Shown piece after piece: positions 1-9,032 of a stretch of DNA of 64,000 nt. The first letter of the stretch is position 1. Each line of letters begins with the position of its first letter. The stretch is from Candidatus Zambryskiibacteriota bacterium. Lineage in GTDB: Bacteria; Patescibacteriota; Minisyncoccia; Phycocordibacterales; Zambryskibacteraceae. The translations under genes and the position numbers were made by a program. The DNA lies in the NCBI GenBank assembly GCA_016177225.1, contig JACOVQ010000004.1, positions 3,328 to 67,327 of the forward strand, given 5' to 3'. The notes below the pieces were generated by a model. The model did no database searches. It had not been told where the DNA came from and was given only the letters and a program-made list of their open reading frames with translations.

Positions 1-1191
1 ATACCGCCAACCCATGCCGCTCTTGTAATGGCTTCCTCGATGTGTTTGCCAGTTACTTCTCATACCGAGCTCTTCTTTTCCCAGTACGCTCTAAAGAACA
101 TTATCGGAGTTACGGGTACGAAGGGAAAAAGTACAACAACATCCCTCATACACCGCATTCTTCAGACGGCTGGGCGAAACGCGCTATTAGCTGGAAATAT
201 TGGGCAACCACCTCCATTGGCAGGAAAGAAAACCAATGGTAAAGATGTCGTAGTTTTTGAACTCTCAAGTCATCAGCTCGCACCACTCAGGAGTAGCCCA
301 CACATTGCAGTTTTACTGAACCTGTATCCAGACCATCTAGACTACTACACAAGCATTGCTGAGTATGCGGCAGCAAAAGAAAACATTACCAAGTATCAAA
401 CTGCGGAAGATTTTCTGGTATACAACTGTGACGACAAAATTGCAGTTGAGATTGCAAATCGGTCCAGAGCGAAACTGATTCCGTTCAGTCGAACTCAGCA
501 CCTTACGGTGGGATGCTATTTATCAGGAGATCATTTTGTCTTCCGAGAGAAGGCTGACGATGTATCAATGGTGCTACCCGCAATGCACGGAAAACTGCTA
601 GGGCAATTCAACTTTTGTAATATCTTGGCAGCCGTCTCGGTCGCGGCTATCTGCGGTGCTACTTCAGAGCAGATTGTCACCGGAATAAACAATTTCGAAC
701 CGCTTTCTCACAGGATAGAACCGATCGGAACCTACGGAGGTGTGGAATTCTATGATGACTCGATTGCGACGATACCCGAGGCAACTATTGCCGCCTTGGA
801 TGCGCTCGGAAATCGCGTATCAACATTGATTGCTGGAGGTTTCGATCGGGGCAGTGGAATAAGTTTCGAGCTACTTGTGGCCTATTTGGAGCAAAGCTCC
901 GTAAGAACCCTCATTTTGTTCCCCGATACAGGTGTCAAGATATGGGAGCGCCTGGTTGCCAGAGCGCACTCGCCTTTGAAGATACAGGCATTCCATGTAG
1001 ATAATATGGAGACTGCCGTGAAATTGGCATATCAGCATACAGAAAGAGGTGAAATTTGCCTCTTATCACCAGCGTCAGCAAGCTTTGGCCTATTCAAAAA
1101 TTTCAAGGATAGAGGCCTTCAATTCAAGAACAATGTCGTCGATATTGGTCGATCCGTGGAAGAGTTCTCGGTAGAGATTCCCCATGGATAG
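1..1191 (+). CDS. murD: UDP-N-acetylmuramoyl-L-alanine--D-glutamate ligase, 5' end outside the window
   Basis: GVTGTKGKSTT P-loop, ELSSHQL, NLYPDHLD, DDSIAT and LLSPASASF motifs; frame open to base 1 (IPPTH). Confidence 0.9.
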   Translation: MPPTHAALVMASSMCLPVTSHTELFFSQYALKNIIGVTGTKGKSTTTSLIHRILQTAGRNALLAGNIGQPPPLAGKKTNGKDVVVFELSSHQLAPLRSSPHIAVLLNLYPDHLDYYTSIAEYAAAKENITKYQTAEDFLVYNCDDKIAVEIANRSRAKLIPFSRTQHLTVGCYLSGDHFVFREKADDVSMVLPAMHGKLLGQFNFCNILAAVSVAAICGATSEQIVTGINNFEPLSHRIEPIGTYGGVEFYDDSIATIPEATIAALDALGNRVSTLIAGGFDRGSGISFELLVAYLEQSSVRTLILFPDTGVKIWERLVARAHSPLKIQAFHVDNMETAVKLAYQHTERGEICLLSPASASFGLFKNFKDRGLQFKNNVVDIGRSVEEFSVEIPHG

Positions 1192-1543
1192 GGAGTCTAT
1201 TTATGACTTGGATGTAATTATTGACAAATATCTTAGGGAGTTATTGGGCCACGATTCCGTTTGTGTTTTCAGAATACTTTGCGGGTCACTCGCCAATGAA
1301 CTATGTTCTATCGCTGACTTAGATGTTCGTATTCGAACGGTCGTTTCTCATCAAACAATATGTGTTTCCTGCGAGAATAACGCGGAAATCGCGACTATGC
1401 TTGACTTTCTCTACATTGCTCGATTCGAGCAACAAATCCGACGCACAGCATCCGAACATCTTCCGCAGAACTGGTTCTTTGGATATGACGAACCTGGATG
1501 TCTATTAATACAGCGTATCGAACCACGGTCGAGAAATCTGTGA
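1184..1543 (+). CDS. hypothetical protein
   Basis: 119-aa ORF overlapping the murD stop; no motif recognised. Confidence 0.5.
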   Translation: MDRESIYDLDVIIDKYLRELLGHDSVCVFRILCGSLANELCSIADLDVRIRTVVSHQTICVSCENNAEIATMLDFLYIARFEQQIRRTASEHLPQNWFFGYDEPGCLLIQRIEPRSRNL

Positions 1544-1672
1544 GAACTTGACAAAATATAAAAGTTGGTTGAGCGCTTCTGGTATTTGCAAAGGCAACCA
1601 GGTATTTGTCCTAACTTGCTGGTTTCTCTTTACGAACCTGCGCAGGTCCGCTCGCCATTGACAAAACTTCCA

Positions 1673-1951
1673 GCAGGGCAATCCGGCCGTATGGTCCTTG
1701 TGCGGATGAGAAATGACAACCAATTCAATCGATCGGTCTTGCGCAAGCCTCAGAACCGTCGGTAGTCCCTTCGCAAAGTCGGCCGCCTTCGGCCCCGCGT
1801 CGATGAGGATCGTGAATGGCTCGCCCTGCTGGGAAATCTGGACAACAGCGGCGTCACCTTGGCCGACATCTAAGAAGGTGACCTTCATTTCGGCTGTGGC
1901 GCTGACCGGTGCCACGAGCGCGATAATCATTAGAGGCAAGTGAAGGCGCAT
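1673..1951 (-). pseudogene. truncated ComEC/Rec2-type metallo-beta-lactamase-fold hydrolase
   Basis: Signal peptide, then VTFLDVGQGDA, LIDAG and SHPHKDH; similarity is lost right after the HxHxDH motif. Confidence 0.7.
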
Positions 1952-2091
1952 CGGCGATCTCTGGTGGCATGGTGCACCGACGCATATATGAAAAGCAAGC
2001 ATGACACATGCGAGTAACGTCGGGCGCGTGGACACAACGTTTGTCTTGGATGCAACAATCGATTCTAAAACATCTCCTATCAAATCTTGCG

Positions 2092-2222
2092 GTGACATAG
2101 TGGACTTAGTAGACGTTCCACAGATGGCTGCGTGCAATTTGGTTACGGATTCATTTGAGAATTAGCTGAGATGAGACCGCTTTGCTACTTCTAAACAATG
2201 TCCACTAAGTCCACTAAGTCAC
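2092..2222. repeat. 26-bp imperfect inverted repeat built from 9-bp units, iteron-like
   Basis: 2092-2117 GTGACATAGTGGACTTAGTAGACGTT versus reverse complement of 2197-2222 GTGACTTAGTGGACTTAGTGGACATT. Confidence 0.85.
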
Positions 2223-3534
2223 TTTCTCCTTCGGGTGCGGTTATGCGGTATCGCTCGAACAAAGCTTTGAGCCGAAGCTCCTCAGAGTGTGGGATGACGA
2301 AGAGCCCCTGAACACGGTGGGTTTTCAGTTTCAACTTTTTTCGCACAATCGCCCCGATCCATTTCTCCGTGATCCTGCGCTCATACTCATGCCCGAACTT
2401 TTCAGTGAACCGAGCCGTGATATCGCCGATGGCGAGCCGCGCTTGTGCATTCGCTGTCAGCAACTCCTGGATGACACCAAGCACCTGCGCCTCGATATCC
2501 GTTTCTCGGTCAGTAGCAATTTCCTTGGCATAAAGATTCGCCAAGTGACGAAGCGATGCCTTCGTGTCTTCATCTGCAATCATGCTCAAGAGCGGACTGA
2601 AGATTTGATTCAGCCGTGGTTCAACACCCCGATCAATCTGATTCCGAAGCTCACGTGGCTTATGCAGATTGCGAAATCTGAACATGAGGAGTTTGTTTCG
2701 TAGCACCAAAGCTTCCTCTTCATACACCGACGGCAGATTAATCGGAATATCCGATCGCAGTTTTCCGTTACCCGTATCTTCGGTAATAAAGCGGCTTTCT
2801 AGAGCACGATCTTGGAAAAATCCGCGAGTGGCAATAATTTTGGGGCCAAACACGCTGTAAGCAACGGGATTGAACTCCTTCGTGGTATGGGATTGCTCGC
2901 TGCGTAGCACCGGAAAGCCCCGCGAATTTCCGTTGTTGAGGATCTTGACCAGTTCGGCTTTCTCGTCGCTCATCCGGAAATCTCCCTCGTCTATAAGGAG
3001 CGTGCCGTGGAAGCTGTCCAGGATTCGGAATATCGGAGAAATACTTGACGCGCCACTGGCAAATATTGGCCGGAACATGATCGCCCCAGCGATTAACAGG
3101 AACCTTGTTTTACCACTGCCGAAGTCGCCACGAACACGTAAGTACGGCAGTTCATTGAATGCTTCATAGACCCAGGACAAGAGGATGTAATACACGGTGA
3201 TACTTTCGAACAGAGGACTGACATCGACATAGCGGTGAATAAAGGCGCGAATATCTTTAATGAGCCGTTCTTCCGATTCATACTCGACAGTCTCCGAAGG
3301 AAACAGGACGATTCGATTTCGGATCAGATTGTTGTTCGGTGAGTACGGCACAAGCGTCTGATACTTACTGACAGGGAACACCTGTTCATACCGAATGTTG
3401 CCGCCCGTGTATACAGCAAACAAGGTCTCCGCCGTTTCCGGTCGATAGACCATTTCCACGATCGTGCCGGTAACCGGTTCACCACCCACAAACGGTATCT
3501 TGCGCGGGCCTTCCTTCTTTTCAACTCCTTCCAT
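2191..3534 (-). CDS. P-loop NTPase, probable replication protein of the element
   Basis: Walker A RGDFGSGKT, Walker B TLLIDEGD, ALESRF arginine-finger-like motif. Confidence 0.7.
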   Translation of the reverse strand: MEGVEKKEGPRKIPFVGGEPVTGTIVEMVYRPETAETLFAVYTGGNIRYEQVFPVSKYQTLVPYSPNNNLIRNRIVLFPSETVEYESEERLIKDIRAFIHRYVDVSPLFESITVYYILLSWVYEAFNELPYLRVRGDFGSGKTRFLLIAGAIMFRPIFASGASSISPIFRILDSFHGTLLIDEGDFRMSDEKAELVKILNNGNSRGFPVLRSEQSHTTKEFNPVAYSVFGPKIIATRGFFQDRALESRFITEDTGNGKLRSDIPINLPSVYEEEALVLRNKLLMFRFRNLHKPRELRNQIDRGVEPRLNQIFSPLLSMIADEDTKASLRHLANLYAKEIATDRETDIEAQVLGVIQELLTANAQARLAIGDITARFTEKFGHEYERRITEKWIGAIVRKKLKLKTHRVQGLFVIPHSEELRLKALFERYRITAPEGESDLVDLVDIV

Positions 3535-3787
3535 AAGATTGCATTAGGACGTCGATGGCTTTCTGTCTGAGAGTTTCAAGGGCAGAGATGTAGACACGGA
3601 CATTGATGAGCGGCTTACCCAGTAGAAGATATTCGTCATGCCAGTTTTGCCGATCCAGAGAATCAATGAAGGTGAAGACGACTTCGTGTCCATTCGCTTC
3701 AATCCCGACGATTGTTGCCCCGCGAGCGAACAGATAAGCGGCAAGGAAGAGGTCGCGAGTTTTCCAGTATCGGTCTCGATTAGTCAT
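3521..3787 (-). CDS. small phage/MGE protein, DUF5659-like
   Basis: MTNRDRYWKTRDLFLAAYL start; its ATG overlaps the true stop of the upstream gene. Confidence 0.65.
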   Translation of the reverse strand: MTNRDRYWKTRDLFLAAYLFARGATIVGIEANGHEVVFTFIDSLDRQNWHDEYLLLGKPLINVRVYISALETLRQKAIDVLMQSYGRS

Positions 3788-4276
3788 TGTGATAAAGCCA
3801 CGTAACGGCGAGCGACACCGCGTCAAACATTGGTACCCAGAGTGATCTTGCCGTTCCCAGGGACGCCTCGGTTTCGGCAAACAACTCTTCAACTCAGGGA
3901 ACCACCTGACCAAAGCATGCATGATCATCTCCTTGTTCACCCGCTCCAGCTTGCAGAGCGATCGGAAGCACTCCGAGATGTCCTCTCGGCTGAAGGCTGT
4001 AATTTCAATGGAGTGCTCAATGGATTCCTCGCGCACTGTACGGACGAATTGGCTCCGGAAAGCTTCGGGGATCCCGGCAGGTGGCGGAAGAACAACAATG
4101 CTCGGTTCATAGCGGCGCACAAGCGAGCGAAACAGAGGCGCTGTCACCTTGTCATTACGATCAGAAAGCGGAATCCTAGACAACTCCTTGGAGCCCCAAT
4201 CAACCAGACGATTTTCCTCGAAGACGGCGTAGCCGACATGACGATTCTCCGGCTGCATGGCAAGGATTGTTTTCAT
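3780..4276 (-). pseudogene. frameshifted RuvC-like (RNase H fold) nuclease
   Basis: MKTILAMQP...VGYAVF start; the C-terminal WVPMFDAVSLAVTW lies in another frame after about 3840. Confidence 0.7.
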
Positions 4277-4650
4277 ATGCCGTGAGCTTCATGCTCGGTT
4301 GATAACCGACGCAGAAGCGATTCGAGATTGGCTCTGATAATGTTTGCACGAATTCGCTTTCTTTCGGACACGCGCATCCGCTTCTCTGGCTCGATTACCA
4401 GTCTCCGAACGTTCGCTTCCGTGACAACTTCGACCTCCAGTGCCACATGCGGCCAGAGTTCCTCGAATGAACGATTAAATAGGAGCTGAAAGACTATGCA
4501 CTCACGGACTGTCGGCAGGGCGAGCCCGTTCTCCATGGCCGAAATCCGGGACATGGATCTGAGGCCGAGAATATCCGCCAAGTGACGCTGATCTAAACCG
4601 AGTCCCTTTCTAGATGTACGAAGATAATTTTTGAACGGATGTGCGGACAT
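4273..4650 (-). CDS. XRE-family HTH regulator
   Basis: LRTSRKGLGLDQRHLADILG...ISAMENG. Confidence 0.8.
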   Translation of the reverse strand: MSAHPFKNYLRTSRKGLGLDQRHLADILGLRSMSRISAMENGLALPTVRECIVFQLLFNRSFEELWPHVALEVEVVTEANVRRLVIEPEKRMRVSERKRIRANIIRANLESLLRRLSTEHEAHGI

Positions 4651-4910
4651 GGAGTACTTCCACGATATCGGCGCAGGAGTATGTCGAAGTAGAGGGGAAT
4701 ATTTCTGCAATACAGAAATGTTGGATAGCCCCGAGGCGGGTTGACATTAGAGCGCATTTGATTAATATGACTCGGGCGAACGGCCCAATGGCCGGTTCGA
4801 TTAGTCAGTAAAACCGCTGGTTTTGAGCCGTTTACTGATGTATCTCTGCCAAGCGCGACACTTTTTAAGACTATAGGCAGTTGTCGCGCGCGACAACCCA
4901 AGCTATCCCC

Positions 4911-5195
4911 ATGCCGTCCACACATTCCACAAAATCAGTCGAACCATTTGTTTTTGTTTCGAATCTCCTGCCACTCCTGCGGGAGAGGGGAAAGACGCAG
5001 AAGGATCTTGCGCTGAAAACCGGTCTGACAAAGGCGCGCATTAGTCGGCTCGCTAACCAACGAATTGTTCAAGCGATCGTTACGCGTACGGCAATCAAAA
5101 TTTGCGCTGCTCTTTCGGATTGGCCCCGGATAAATGACCAGAAGAGAGTGGGCGTGAGGCTTGACGCTCTGTTTCCAGCACATCCAGTGAACTAG
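4911..5195 (+). CDS. XRE/Cro-like HTH protein
   Basis: LLRERGKTQKDLALKTGLTKARISRL; divergent from the other HTH gene. Confidence 0.75.
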   Translation: MPSTHSTKSVEPFVFVSNLLPLLRERGKTQKDLALKTGLTKARISRLANQRIVQAIVTRTAIKICAALSDWPRINDQKRVGVRLDALFPAHPVN

Positions 5196-5283
5196 CTTCT
5201 GGCAACGCTACGAACTGCTGCTTCGCTGCCAGCGAAAATCTCCCCTCTATCCCTGTACTCGCAAGAGACGTAGCATCGCCGGC

Positions 5284-5508
5284 ATGAATGGCGACGATGA
5301 TCATTACGTGGAATTTCGAAAACTCTATCCGAACCTCACAGAGGAAGAAGCTATCGAGGCAGCAGACAACCTGGATGCTTACCTCGAAACCATCATCGCC
5401 ATATACGAGGATTTGCGCAACGATTCTGGGCGCTACCAACAGTTCCTGGCTTTGACCGATAGCATTTCCGGCGGCTATACTGATCCTGTTAATTCCTCGC
5501 CGACATAA
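5284..5508 (+). CDS. small acidic protein upstream of the recombinase, possible directionality factor
   Basis: 74-aa ORF ending 17 bp before the recombinase; function inferred from position only. Confidence 0.6.
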   Translation: MNGDDDHYVEFRKLYPNLTEEEAIEAADNLDAYLETIIAIYEDLRNDSGRYQQFLALTDSISGGYTDPVNSSPT

Positions 5509-5525
5509 CTTCCAACTACATTTCG

Positions 5526-6965
5526 ATGAAACAATGCTTCGCATACATACGTGTGTCCACTGCTAAGCAAGGTGAAAAAGGCGTATCGCTCCAGGAGCAA
5601 CGTGATGCCATCAGCCACTTCGCGGATCGTAACGGTCTGAAAGTGATCGAGTGGTATGAAGAACGGGAGACCGCCGCTAAACGCGGCCGCCCGAAATTCA
5701 CCGAGATGCTGAAGCGCCTTAAGAAAGGGGACGCTAATGGGGTGGTCATCCACAAAATTGACCGCAGCGCGCGTAATCTCCGCGACTGGGCGGATCTTGG
5801 GGAAATGATCGACTCAGGCATCGATGTTTACTTCGCCAATGAAAGTCTAGACCTGCATTCACGTGGCGGTCGGCTATCGGCCGACATCCAGGCCGTCATC
5901 GCTGCTGATTACATTCGGAACTTAAAGGAGGAGGTTCGCAAAGGCTTTTACGGTCGAATCAAACAGGGTTTGTATCCGCTGCCGGCGCCCATTGGCTACC
6001 TCGATCGTGGAAAAGGGCAACCGAAAGTGCCAGATCCTACAAAAGCACCACTGATCCGGCAGACGTTTGAACTTTACTCGAGCCGCCGTTACAGTTTGGT
6101 CGAATTGGTTGATGCGGCATTTGCTCTCGGTTTGCGAAACAAGCACGGTCGCAAAATTACCCGCTCCGCATTGTCTGACATCCTCAACAATCCTTTCTAC
6201 ATTGGATTGATCAGACTTCGCCGCACTGGCGAAACTTTCACAGGTATTCATGAACCAATCGTAAAGCCGCGGCTTTTCAAGCGCGTCCAAGAGATTCTTC
6301 GAGGAAAGACTGTAGTCAAATTGACACGACCAGAGTTTCAGTTCCGGCGGCTGCTTAAATGCGGACACTGCAAATATTCGCTTGTCGGCGAACGGCACAA
6401 AGGGCATACCTACTATCGCTGCTACGTCAGTACTTGCCCTGGTAAATGTGTCCGCGAAGAAAAAGTTGTCGAAGCAATCGACCGTAGCTTTACCCCCCTT
6501 ACATTGGACGACGCCGAAAAGACGTACTGGCGCCAACGTCTGCAAGCCATGAGGCTGGATGCGACGAAACACGTGGTAGACCAACAACAATCGGTAAAGC
6601 TCAGTTTGGCCGCCATCTCTGATCGGTTAAACCGGCTCACAGATGCGTACCTTGATTCTGGCATCGATCGGTCTACCTTCGAGAGCCGGAAAGGAATCTT
6701 GCTTCTGGAAAAGAAGCAATTGGAAGAACGAGAGCACGAATTGCAAGGAAATGCCGAGCAGACCGTCGAAACCCTTACGAGAATCTTCGAACTGGCAAAT
6801 ACGGCTCAGTTGAGCTACCAACTGGCGAATCCCGTCAGAAAGCGTGAGTTGGTCGAGGAGATAACTTCGAACCGCTTTGTAACAGCAAAAAACGTTGTGG
6901 TTGAGCTACGAAATCCGTTCAACCTGATCGCAAATAGACACATCGAGCACTGTAGTGGACCCTAG
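5526..6965 (+). CDS. large serine recombinase (resolvase, recombinase, Zn-ribbon and coiled-coil domains)
   Basis: YIRVST catalytic motif, DRSARN, PIGY, CGHC...YYRC. Confidence 0.95.
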   Translation: MKQCFAYIRVSTAKQGEKGVSLQEQRDAISHFADRNGLKVIEWYEERETAAKRGRPKFTEMLKRLKKGDANGVVIHKIDRSARNLRDWADLGEMIDSGIDVYFANESLDLHSRGGRLSADIQAVIAADYIRNLKEEVRKGFYGRIKQGLYPLPAPIGYLDRGKGQPKVPDPTKAPLIRQTFELYSSRRYSLVELVDAAFALGLRNKHGRKITRSALSDILNNPFYIGLIRLRRTGETFTGIHEPIVKPRLFKRVQEILRGKTVVKLTRPEFQFRRLLKCGHCKYSLVGERHKGHTYYRCYVSTCPGKCVREEKVVEAIDRSFTPLTLDDAEKTYWRQRLQAMRLDATKHVVDQQQSVKLSLAAISDRLNRLTDAYLDSGIDRSTFESRKGILLLEKKQLEEREHELQGNAEQTVETLTRIFELANTAQLSYQLANPVRKRELVEEITSNRFVTAKNVVVELRNPFNLIANRHIEHCSGP

Positions 6966-7028
6966 CGGATTCGAACCGCTGACCTCCTCATTGCAAATGA
7001 GACGCTCTACCAACTAAGCTAAGGGCCC
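6956..7028 (-). tRNA. tRNA-Ala(TGC)
   Basis: Cloverleaf GGGCCCT...AGGGTCCA; anticodon arm TCTCA-TTTGCAA-TGAGG; G3:U70; CCA not encoded. Confidence 0.95.
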
Positions 7029-7074
7029 GAGGGCTTGATTCTATCTAAAAAGTTAAGCAAAATAAAGCACTTAC

Positions 7075-7148
7075 GGGCTCATGGTATAGCAGTAACACGC
7101 GTCCATGGCATGGACGAGTCCGGGGTGCGACTCCCCGTGAGTCCACCA
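7075..7148 (+). tRNA. tRNA-Ala(GGC)
   Basis: GGGCTCA...TGAGTCCACCA; anticodon arm CGTCC-ATGGCAT-GGACG; G3:U70. Confidence 0.9.
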
Positions 7149-7157
7149 AATTTTTAC

Positions 7158-7230
7158 GGGCTGTTAGTTCAGTTAGTAGAACACTCGATTCGCATTCGAG
7201 AGGTCGTCGGTGCAATTCCGATACAGTCCA
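7158..7230 (+). tRNA. tRNA-Ala(CGC)
   Basis: GGGCTGT...ACAGTCCA; anticodon arm CTCGA-TTCGCAT-TCGAG; G3:U70. Confidence 0.9.
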
Positions 7231-7231
7231 C

Positions 7232-7259
7232 TTGACTTTTTTAATAATGATATTATAAT
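7232..7259 (+). promoter_or_regulatory. sigma70-type promoter
   Basis: TTGACT-N16-TATAAT. Confidence 0.6.
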
Positions 7260-7289
7260 AAAAACAGACTAAAGAATTTTGGAGGGTTT

Positions 7290-7643
7290 ATGAAAAGCAT
7301 TCTCGTAGTTGACGATGACGAGTCGGTAGCCTCTCTCATCGTTGATTTTATTCGAAGCAGAGGCGGTTATTTCCCAGTTTTAGCCAGAAGCGGAAAGGAG
7401 GCATGGGAGCTTATGAATGGCAAGATGCTTTTTGATATAGTCTTGTCAGATAAGGATATGCCAAATTGGGGCGGATTGGACCTACTCTGCAGAATACGGG
7501 CGGATAGGAGGTTTGATAGCGTTAGGTTTATTCTGATGAGCGGCAATCCTCCGGGTAATCTGGAGGAGTTGCAGAAACAATTTCATTTTCCTTTCCTCCA
7601 CAAGCCGTTTACGCCCCCGGAGCTTTTCGAAGCTCTGGGTTGA
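7290..7643 (+). CDS. stand-alone response regulator receiver (CheY-like)
   Basis: ILVVDDD, LSDKDMP, ILMSG and KPF motifs; GGAGG SD. Confidence 0.9.
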   Translation: MKSILVVDDDESVASLIVDFIRSRGGYFPVLARSGKEAWELMNGKMLFDIVLSDKDMPNWGGLDLLCRIRADRRFDSVRFILMSGNPPGNLEELQKQFHFPFLHKPFTPPELFEALG

Positions 7644-7651
7644 TATAAAAT

Positions 7652-7684
7652 CCCCGCGCCAGCCTAGGCTGGCGCGGGGGTTTC
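7652..7684 (+). terminator. GC-rich palindrome followed by a T tract
   Basis: CCCCGCGCCAGCCT/AGGCTGGCGCGGGG then GTTT. Confidence 0.7.
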
Positions 7685-7732
7685 TCTATGATATACTGGC
7701 AAAAGTGCGTTTAGCCGTTATATAATCAATTT

Positions 7733-7888
7733 ATGGACGAAAAAGTCATCGGATACTGCGTGAAGTGCAAAGAAAAAAGGGAAATGAAGGATGTGCAAAA
7801 GGTGGAAATCAAGCCTGGCCGTCCCGCTGCCAAAGGTACTTGCACCGTTTGCGGTACCGGCATGTACAAGATTCTACCTAAGCAGTAA
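7733..7888 (+). CDS. small Zn-ribbon protein, DUF5679-like; not in the ORF track
   Basis: MDEKVIGYCVKCKEKREMK...KGTCTVCGTGMYKI, 51 aa. Confidence 0.85.
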   Translation: MDEKVIGYCVKCKEKREMKDVQKVEIKPGRPAAKGTCTVCGTGMYKILPKQ

Positions 7889-8794
7889 GTGAAGAAATTT
7901 TTTCTAATAGTTTTAACCATAGCGGGCTTTGCGGCCTGGAATTTTCGCCAGTTGCCTAAAGTGGCGGCTCCTTGCGCCCAACCGATTACTTATGCGATAG
8001 GATTTTTTGATAGAAAATTTGGAGTCTCTTATGAAAACTTTCTCAAAGCGTTGAACGAAGCTGAAGGTATTTGGGAACGACCAATCCATAAAGAACTTTT
8101 CAGCTACTCTCCGCAACAGCCAGACCTTGCAGTAAATCTCATATATGACTATCGCCAAGAGACGACAAACACTCTTTCAAATATTAGCGAGAAGGTGGAA
8201 GAGAACGAGGGTACTTACTACACGCTCTACGGCCAGTTTAAAAAATTGAAGGCAGAATATGACGCCGACGAAAAGATTTACAATAATATAGTCGCCGCCT
8301 TTAGTGCTAAAAACAGCGAGTACGACCAGATGGTCGCGCTCTGGAATGCCAGCTCAAGAACTTCCAAAAAACAATTTGAGGAATTGGAAACAAAAAAGGT
8401 CGAGCTTCAGAATGACTTGGAAAAGCTCAAAGCATTTGAAGCCCGACTGAACGAGAAGGGAAGAAGGGTGAATGTTTACGTCAATGAATTAAATCATCTT
8501 GCCAATATTCTCAATCTCGACGTGGAAAAGTTTAATACCATAGGCGCTACGCGTGGCGAGACATTTACCGGCGGCTCGTATGCCATCAATGGAGAAGAAA
8601 AAAGCATCGACATTTTCGAATTTAAAAATAAGGAGAAGCTCGTGAGAGTTTTAGCCCACGAGCTTGGCCATGCGTTAGGGTTAGAACACATGAATGACCC
8701 GCAAGCCATTATGTACAAACTCAATAAGAGCGATGCGGGAATGGCCGTCGCTTCCGATGTTACAGCTCTTAAAAAGCTTTGCGGGATGATATAA
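7889..8794 (+). CDS. matrixin/M10-family zinc metalloprotease with coiled coil
   Basis: HELGHALGLEH plus Met-turn AIMY; N-terminal anchor. Confidence 0.85.
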   Translation: MKKFFLIVLTIAGFAAWNFRQLPKVAAPCAQPITYAIGFFDRKFGVSYENFLKALNEAEGIWERPIHKELFSYSPQQPDLAVNLIYDYRQETTNTLSNISEKVEENEGTYYTLYGQFKKLKAEYDADEKIYNNIVAAFSAKNSEYDQMVALWNASSRTSKKQFEELETKKVELQNDLEKLKAFEARLNEKGRRVNVYVNELNHLANILNLDVEKFNTIGATRGETFTGGSYAINGEEKSIDIFEFKNKEKLVRVLAHELGHALGLEHMNDPQAIMYKLNKSDAGMAVASDVTALKKLCGMI

Positions 8795-8801
8795 TCGCGC
8801 T

Positions 8802-9032
8802 ATGGGTATCAAAGATTTTTTCTTAAAACAGGTTTTAAAACATAAGATGAAAGATATGCCGGAAGCCGAGCGGGAGAAACTGCTCGCGCTTATGGAAGCG
8901 CATCCGGAATTCTTTAAAAAAATCAGCGAAGAAGTGAAAAAGAAAACCAAAGCCGGTATGAGTGAAATGGCCGCCACGATGGTCGTAATGCGCAGATATC
9001 AGGCAGAACTTCAAAAGTTAATGCAAAAATGA
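8802..9032 (+). CDS. hypothetical protein
   Basis: 76-aa ORF with TATAAT 6 nt before the ATG. Confidence 0.75.
   Translation: MGIKDFFLKQVLKHKMKDMPEAEREKLLALMEAHPEFFKKISEEVKKKTKAGMSEMAATMVVMRRYQAELQKLMQK

Larger units (their letters stand above)
2092..6965. mobile_element. integrative element at tRNA-Ala(TGC); left boundary uncertain and may lie beyond base 1
   Basis: Serine recombinase ending inside the tRNA 3' end, plus HTH genes, RuvC-like gene and NTPase; visibly more GC-rich than the flanking core. Confidence 0.8.

Noticed and set aside
1505-2137. Full 210-aa ORF as an intact gene
   Set aside because: Only the middle resembles a ComEC-type domain; both ends read through repeat or unrelated DNA.
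3521-4276. Single 251-aa protein in the ORF track
   Set aside because: Better explained as a frameshifted RuvC-like gene joined to a separate downstream gene.
7035-7235. 66-aa ORF
   Set aside because: It overlaps two tRNA genes.
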